A DNA stretch of 63,407 bases from Candidatus Omnitrophota bacterium. Lineage in GTDB: Bacteria; Ratteibacteria; UBA8468; MWAK01. The translations under genes and the position numbers were made by a program. This document shows positions 58,982-63,407 of the stretch, in pieces (position 1 is the first letter of the stretch; the number at the start of each line of letters is the position of its first letter). Location of the stretch: assembly GCA_043826355.1 (NCBI GenBank), contig JBDRQI010000006.1:1-63407 (forward strand), read 5' to 3'. Below the pieces are notes generated by a model that was not told where the DNA came from, did not search any database, and saw only the letters and a program-made list of their open reading frames with translations.

Positions 58982-60460
58982 TCATTCTAATAATTTCCGT
59001 AAAATATCTTGAACCATCTTCGGATTAGCCTTGCCCCCGGACTGTTTCATCACTGCGCCGACCAGAAAACCAAGGGCATTTTTTTTGCCTGACCGGTAGT
59101 CCTCAACCGACCCGGGGTTTTGGTCCAGGGCCTTCCGGGCCAGTATCTCCAGCGATGCTGCGTCAGATATCTGCGTCAGGCCTTTTTCCGCCACCAGGTC
59201 TTTGGGCTGGCGGCCGGTAGAAATCGCTAAACGTAAAATTTCTTTACCGGATGTGGCGGTAATGGTGTCTTGCCAAACCATCGCCAATATTTCCCCGAGA
59301 AATTCCGGGGTGAGGTTTAGTTCGCCGATGACTTTTTTTTCTTCCTTCAGGATGGAAAGGACCTCGGTCATTATCCAGTTTGAAACTATCTTCGGTTCCG
59401 GGCCGAGTTGCACGACTGCTTCGAAAAAATCGGCTAAATTTTTATCAGCCGCTATCACACCGGCATCATAAGCTGGAATCTGATGCTCTCTGACAAGCCG
59501 CTCAACCTTTTCAAGCGGTAATTCAATTATATCATTTTTTACCTTCCGGATAAACCCGTCGGGAATCTTTAGAGGCAGGAGGTCCGGTTCCGGAAGGTAC
59601 CGGTAATCCTGCGCTTCTTCCTTGGAACGCATCGGGAAAGTTTTACCGGAAGCCTCATCCCAGAGCCGGGTCTCCTGGACAAGAGTATCTTTATCCGGGC
59701 TGTCAAGCAGGAAGGCTTGTCTTTTTACCTCATACTCCAGCGCCCGTTGGACCGACCGGAAAGAGTTCATGTTCTTGACTTCGACCTTGGTGCCCAGCTC
59801 TTTTTGGCCGACCGGTTTCAATGAAATATTTGCGTCGCACCTTAAAGAACCCTCTTCCATGTTGCAGTCGCTTATGTCCAGATATTGAAGGATGGCTTTC
59901 AGGTTAGTCAGAAAGATGTAAGCGGAGGTTGGGCACTCAATGTCCGGTTGGGTGACGATTTCCAGCAGGGGGACCCCGGCCCGGTTGAAGTCAATCAGGC
60001 TGTAGCCCTTGCCTTCCGGGTGGATGAGTTTGCCCACGTCCTCTTCCATGTGAACGCGGCGGATTCGGATTTTTTTGCTGCCCCCCTCACTCAAACCTTC
60101 CCCCCCGCAGGGAGAGGATGAAGACGGAGGGGGGGCGGTTGCCTCTAGCCAGCCGTCTACCGCCAACGGTTCTTCAAACTGGGAGATTTGATAATTCTTG
60201 GGCATGTCCGGGTAGAAGTAGTTTTTCCGGGCGAAGATGTTATCTTTATTGATGCTGCAATTCAGGGCAAGCGCGGTCTTTAAGGCCAGTTCCACCGCTT
60301 TTTCGTTGATTACCGGCAGGGTTCCCGGAAAGCCCAGGCAGACCGGACAGGTCTGGCTGTTGGGGTTTCCGCCGAAGCGGTTGGCGCAGCCGCAGAACAT
60401 TTTGGAGGCGGTCAGCATTTCGGTGTGCACCTCCAACCCGATGACTACTTCAAATTTCAT
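58982..60460 (-). CDS. gatB: Asp/Glu-tRNA amidotransferase subunit B
   Basis: IGLEVH; RKNYFYPD; HMEED; NRAG.PL.E; RSKE. Confidence 0.97.
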   Translation of the reverse strand: MKFEVVIGLEVHTEMLTASKMFCGCANRFGGNPNSQTCPVCLGFPGTLPVINEKAVELALKTALALNCSINKDNIFARKNYFYPDMPKNYQISQFEEPLAVDGWLEATAPPPSSSSPCGGEGLSEGGSKKIRIRRVHMEEDVGKLIHPEGKGYSLIDFNRAGVPLLEIVTQPDIECPTSAYIFLTNLKAILQYLDISDCNMEEGSLRCDANISLKPVGQKELGTKVEVKNMNSFRSVQRALEYEVKRQAFLLDSPDKDTLVQETRLWDEASGKTFPMRSKEEAQDYRYLPEPDLLPLKIPDGFIRKVKNDIIELPLEKVERLVREHQIPAYDAGVIAADKNLADFFEAVVQLGPEPKIVSNWIMTEVLSILKEEKKVIGELNLTPEFLGEILAMVWQDTITATSGKEILRLAISTGRQPKDLVAEKGLTQISDAASLEILARKALDQNPGSVEDYRSGKKNALGFLVGAVMKQSGGKANPKMVQDILRKLLE

Positions 60461-60520
60461 AATACTTTATTATATTACATTACCGGCGATATGGTAAAAT
60501 TGAAAAGAAACAAAATTATT

Positions 60521-62485
60521 ATGAAAAAAACCGAGATAAATTTTTCAGAAGAGTTAAACGAAGAGCAGTACCGGGTTGTGACCGAAGGCGACGGTCCCTG
60601 CCTGGTGCTGGCCGGGCCCGGTTCCGGCAAGACCAGGACCCTGGTCTACCGCGTGGCTTACCTGTTGAGTCAAGGGGTCAGCCCAACGGAAATTCTCCTT
60701 TTGACCTTTACCAACAAGGCGGCCAAAGAGATGCTGCGCCGCGTGGAACTGCTCCGGGGCCGGTTTCCGGCCGGCCTTAATTCAGCCAGGCCTTTGGCCG
60801 GCCTGGTCGGCGGCACCTTTCACCACTGCGGCAATTTTTCGTTGCGGCGCTACGCCGAAGCGGTCGGATACACCAGGTCCTTTGGCATTCTGGACCGTTC
60901 CGACAGCAAGGCCTTTGTTTCCGAAGCGCTGGCCGAATTGAAAATAACCAAAGATAAGCGTTTTCCAAAGGCCGAAATAATTCTGGGAATTATCAGTTTT
61001 GCGGCCAACTCCTGTCGGGAAATCACGCCGGTAATCTTAAGCCAGTACCCATACCTGGAACAGTTCATCCCTGAGATTGAAAGGACAGCCATCGTTTACC
61101 GGCGCAGAAAAAAAGAAGCGAACGTTATGGATTACGACGACCTTTTAAGTAACTGGCTTTATCTTCTTTCCATCAATCCTTCCGCCCGCGGTTTCTATCA
61201 GGAAAAATTCCGCTACATTCTGGTGGATGAGTACCAGGACACCAACCGGCTTCAGTTTGAAATCATTAAAGTGCTGTCCGGGAAGCACCGGAATATTATG
61301 GTGGTGGGCGATGACGGGCAGTCTATCTATTCTTTCCGGGCCGCGGAAATAAAAAATGTTCTGGACTTCTCGAAGGTTTTCCCGAAGGCCCGGATTTTTC
61401 GCCTGGAGACTAACTACCGCAGCGTACCGGAGATTCTGAGGTTGGCAAACGAATCAATCAAGAATAACCGGATGCAGTTTCCCAAGACCTTGAAGAGCAG
61501 CCGGAAAAACGGACCGAAGCCGGTGCTGGTTTCAGCAGAAAACAGTTTTGCCGAAGCGCAGTTTGTGACCCGGCGTATTCTGGACTTACTCTCGCAAAAA
61601 ATTCCCCTTTCCGAGATAGCGGTCCTCTTCCGGGCCCGGTACCAGGCGACGGAATTGGAAATGGCGCTGACCGGGCAAGGCATTCCTTACCTGGTGAGGG
61701 GCGGTCTGCGTTTCTACGAGCAGGCGCACGTTAAGGATGTCCTTTCTTATCTGAGCGTTCTGGTTAACGGCCGGGATGAAATTGCCTGGCGCCGCATCCT
61801 TCTGCGGGTGGAGGGTATTGGCCCCGGCTATTTTAAACGCATCTACGGACAAATCAGGCAGGCGGACCAGCCGCTGGCCGCATTCTGCGGTTCCAAACTC
61901 CTGACCGGAATTCCCTTCCGGAGCCGGTCGGGGGTGGTTAATTTAAGGAAGCTGTTCCGGGAATTGGCGGCTCCGGAAATCATAGACCAGCCCGCCAAAG
62001 CCATCAAAAAAATCCTGGAAAGCGACTACCGCACTTATTGTCTGGCCGCTTATCCGGACGGGCCGGAAAGAGTTCTGGAAATTGAGGAACTGACAAAGAT
62101 CGCCGCATTTTTTGACTCTACGGAACAGTTTCTGTCCGAAACGATTATGGGTGAGAATTACCGGGACGAGATGTTTAAGGGCGAGCCGGAAGCCGGGAAG
62201 AAATTTCTTACCCTTTCCACTATCCATCAGGCCAAGGGTTTGGAGTGGAAAGTGGTCTTCATACTCAGTTTGACGGACGGCCGTTTCCCGCACGCCAAAG
62301 CCACGCAGAACGGGGAGGGGCTGGAAGAAGAACGCCGGCTTTTTTACGTAGCGGTAACCCGCGCCAAGAGCATTCTTTACCTGCTCCAGCCCATCTCCAG
62401 CTCCGGCTGGGACGGCAAAAGCGTTATCCAGCAACCCTCGCCTTTTGTCCGGGAACTGCCGGAATCCTGCTACCAGAAAAATTAG
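60521..62485 (+). CDS. UvrD/PcrA-family helicase
   Basis: AGPGSGKT; DEYQD; NYRS; HQAKGLEW; YVAVTRA. Confidence 0.93.
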   Translation: MKKTEINFSEELNEEQYRVVTEGDGPCLVLAGPGSGKTRTLVYRVAYLLSQGVSPTEILLLTFTNKAAKEMLRRVELLRGRFPAGLNSARPLAGLVGGTFHHCGNFSLRRYAEAVGYTRSFGILDRSDSKAFVSEALAELKITKDKRFPKAEIILGIISFAANSCREITPVILSQYPYLEQFIPEIERTAIVYRRRKKEANVMDYDDLLSNWLYLLSINPSARGFYQEKFRYILVDEYQDTNRLQFEIIKVLSGKHRNIMVVGDDGQSIYSFRAAEIKNVLDFSKVFPKARIFRLETNYRSVPEILRLANESIKNNRMQFPKTLKSSRKNGPKPVLVSAENSFAEAQFVTRRILDLLSQKIPLSEIAVLFRARYQATELEMALTGQGIPYLVRGGLRFYEQAHVKDVLSYLSVLVNGRDEIAWRRILLRVEGIGPGYFKRIYGQIRQADQPLAAFCGSKLLTGIPFRSRSGVVNLRKLFRELAAPEIIDQPAKAIKKILESDYRTYCLAAYPDGPERVLEIEELTKIAAFFDSTEQFLSETIMGENYRDEMFKGEPEAGKKFLTLSTIHQAKGLEWKVVFILSLTDGRFPHAKATQNGEGLEEERRLFYVAVTRAKSILYLLQPISSSGWDGKSVIQQPSPFVRELPESCYQKN

Positions 62486-63228
62486 GGACAGCCCCCATAT
62501 TTTTCTTTTTTGGGTCTTCCGGCCTTTCCGGATTTAAGGTTTCTATTTGTTTTTTGGCCGATTTCTTCAATAAAATTTTCGGTGCCAAAAGGCCTTCCGG
62601 ACGAAGTAGTTTTACGTATGTTATTATTATCGCAAAAGGTATCTTCTCTGCAGAACTTTACGTACTCATCTCTTTCATATTCCGTTAACCAATCAGAAGA
62701 GTTATCCAGAAACAAATCTTTCCCTTTTTTTATATGCGCCCCGGCGCTTGACCAAACCCATTCTTCAGCGGTGGATACCAGTTTTGCCCTTACCGGATTA
62801 TTTTCAATGTATCTGACTGCTGCCCAGAAGTACGAATCTTTGTCGACCGGACACGAAAAAAACCTGTTTTCCCAGAGGTGGCCCGTTCTTCCGTATTTTT
62901 TATTAAAATGCTGGGCGTGTTTAAAAGTAAGTCCGTGAATAAATTTGGACATTCCTTTACTGTCAAGAGGGATAAGCAAAAGATGGAAATGGTTTTGCAT
63001 CAGGCAATAGGCCCAAATTTTTACGTTGAAGCGGGTTGAAAGTTCCTTCATATTAGCAAGGAATAACCTGCGGTCTGAGTTATCCAGGAATATTTCTGAG
63101 CGATTGATTCCTCTTTGGGTTACGTGATGAGGATAATTTTCGATTATGATGCGCGCTATTCTAGGCATAAGTAAATTAAAATTATCTAAAAAAATATGGA
63201 AAAAAATATGGGGGCTGTCCCTAATTTT
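62478..63228. mobile_element. RAYT element bounded by perfect 27-bp inverted repeats
   Basis: AAAATTAGGGACAGCCCCCATATTTTT (62478-62504) and its exact reverse complement (63202-63228). Confidence 0.8.
62482..63168 (-). CDS. REP-associated tyrosine (HUH/Y1) transposase, RAYT-type
   Basis: MPRIAR...HHVTQRG; MQNHFHLL; GHLWENRF; YIENNPVRA; WSS. Confidence 0.92.
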   Translation of the reverse strand: MPRIARIIIENYPHHVTQRGINRSEIFLDNSDRRLFLANMKELSTRFNVKIWAYCLMQNHFHLLLIPLDSKGMSKFIHGLTFKHAQHFNKKYGRTGHLWENRFFSCPVDKDSYFWAAVRYIENNPVRAKLVSTAEEWVWSSAGAHIKKGKDLFLDNSSDWLTEYERDEYVKFCREDTFCDNNNIRKTTSSGRPFGTENFIEEIGQKTNRNLKSGKAGRPKKEKYGGCP

Positions 63229-63244
63229 CTCTAATTTTCTAATT

Positions 63245-63407
63245 TTATTCCCGAAAGCGGCGGGTTAACCACCCGAACCACTCCGCCGGGTCTTCCCTCA
63301 CCCATTTTTCAATTACCCGGTTGCAGAGGGCGGTATTGTCCCGGACGTCTTTCTCCTGGTCTTCGCTGCGGCCCATCACCAGGGCCGGTTCCACCCGGAT
63401 TAAGTGC
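63245..63407 (-). CDS. C-terminus of a lipid A lauroyl/LpxL-type acyltransferase (partial)
   Basis: ...NRVIEKWVREDPAEWFGWLTRRFRE stop. Confidence 0.65.
   Translation of the reverse strand, partial: HLIRVEPALVMGRSEDQEKDVRDNTALCNRVIEKWVREDPAEWFGWLTRRFRE

Noticed and set aside
43216..62938. Many long antisense or alternate-frame ORFs over core genes
   Set aside because: They are shadows of well-supported genes with GC-rich codon usage.
1..63407. CRISPR arrays, reverse transcriptase/retron/DGR, rRNA, phage structural genes
   Set aside because: No repeat-spacer arrays, YxDD-type RT motifs or structural genes were recognised by eye.

Overview
Bacterial chromosome segment, Gram-negative (LpxL-like acyltransferase present); a PVC/Omnitrophota-like lineage is a low-confidence guess from gene content. 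Bases 1-22422 are an integrated mobile region. It contains, in order: an IS21-type end, an attC-like site, a restriction/methylase defence cluster, a 1-kb non-coding block with two diverged ~347-bp copies, a plasmid-like small-gene cluster (RadC/JAB, DUF6876), a YtrA-regulated ABC/envelope cargo operon, and a MerR-Rep-Xis-tyrosine integrase module that ends 7 bp upstream of tRNA-Thr(UGU). Downstream of the tRNA (22502-27470) are tRNA-derived repeats flanking an SGNH gene, tails of further integrases and decayed sugar genes, so the locus looks like a repeatedly used insertion hot spot. The rest is mostly core or catabolic: argJ, an ino1/PfkB/glycoside hydrolase operon, ychF-like, tkt, two nagB paralogues, rpsA-ispH-plsC-proB, coaC, ctpA, gatB and uvrD/pcrA. 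The window ends with a RAYT-type HUH transposase bracketed by perfect 27-bp inverted repeats. Several palindromic repeat families occur, some inserted in-frame in proteins, and CCGG looks strongly enriched in core genes. All calls come from reading the sequence and recognising motifs; no database search was run.
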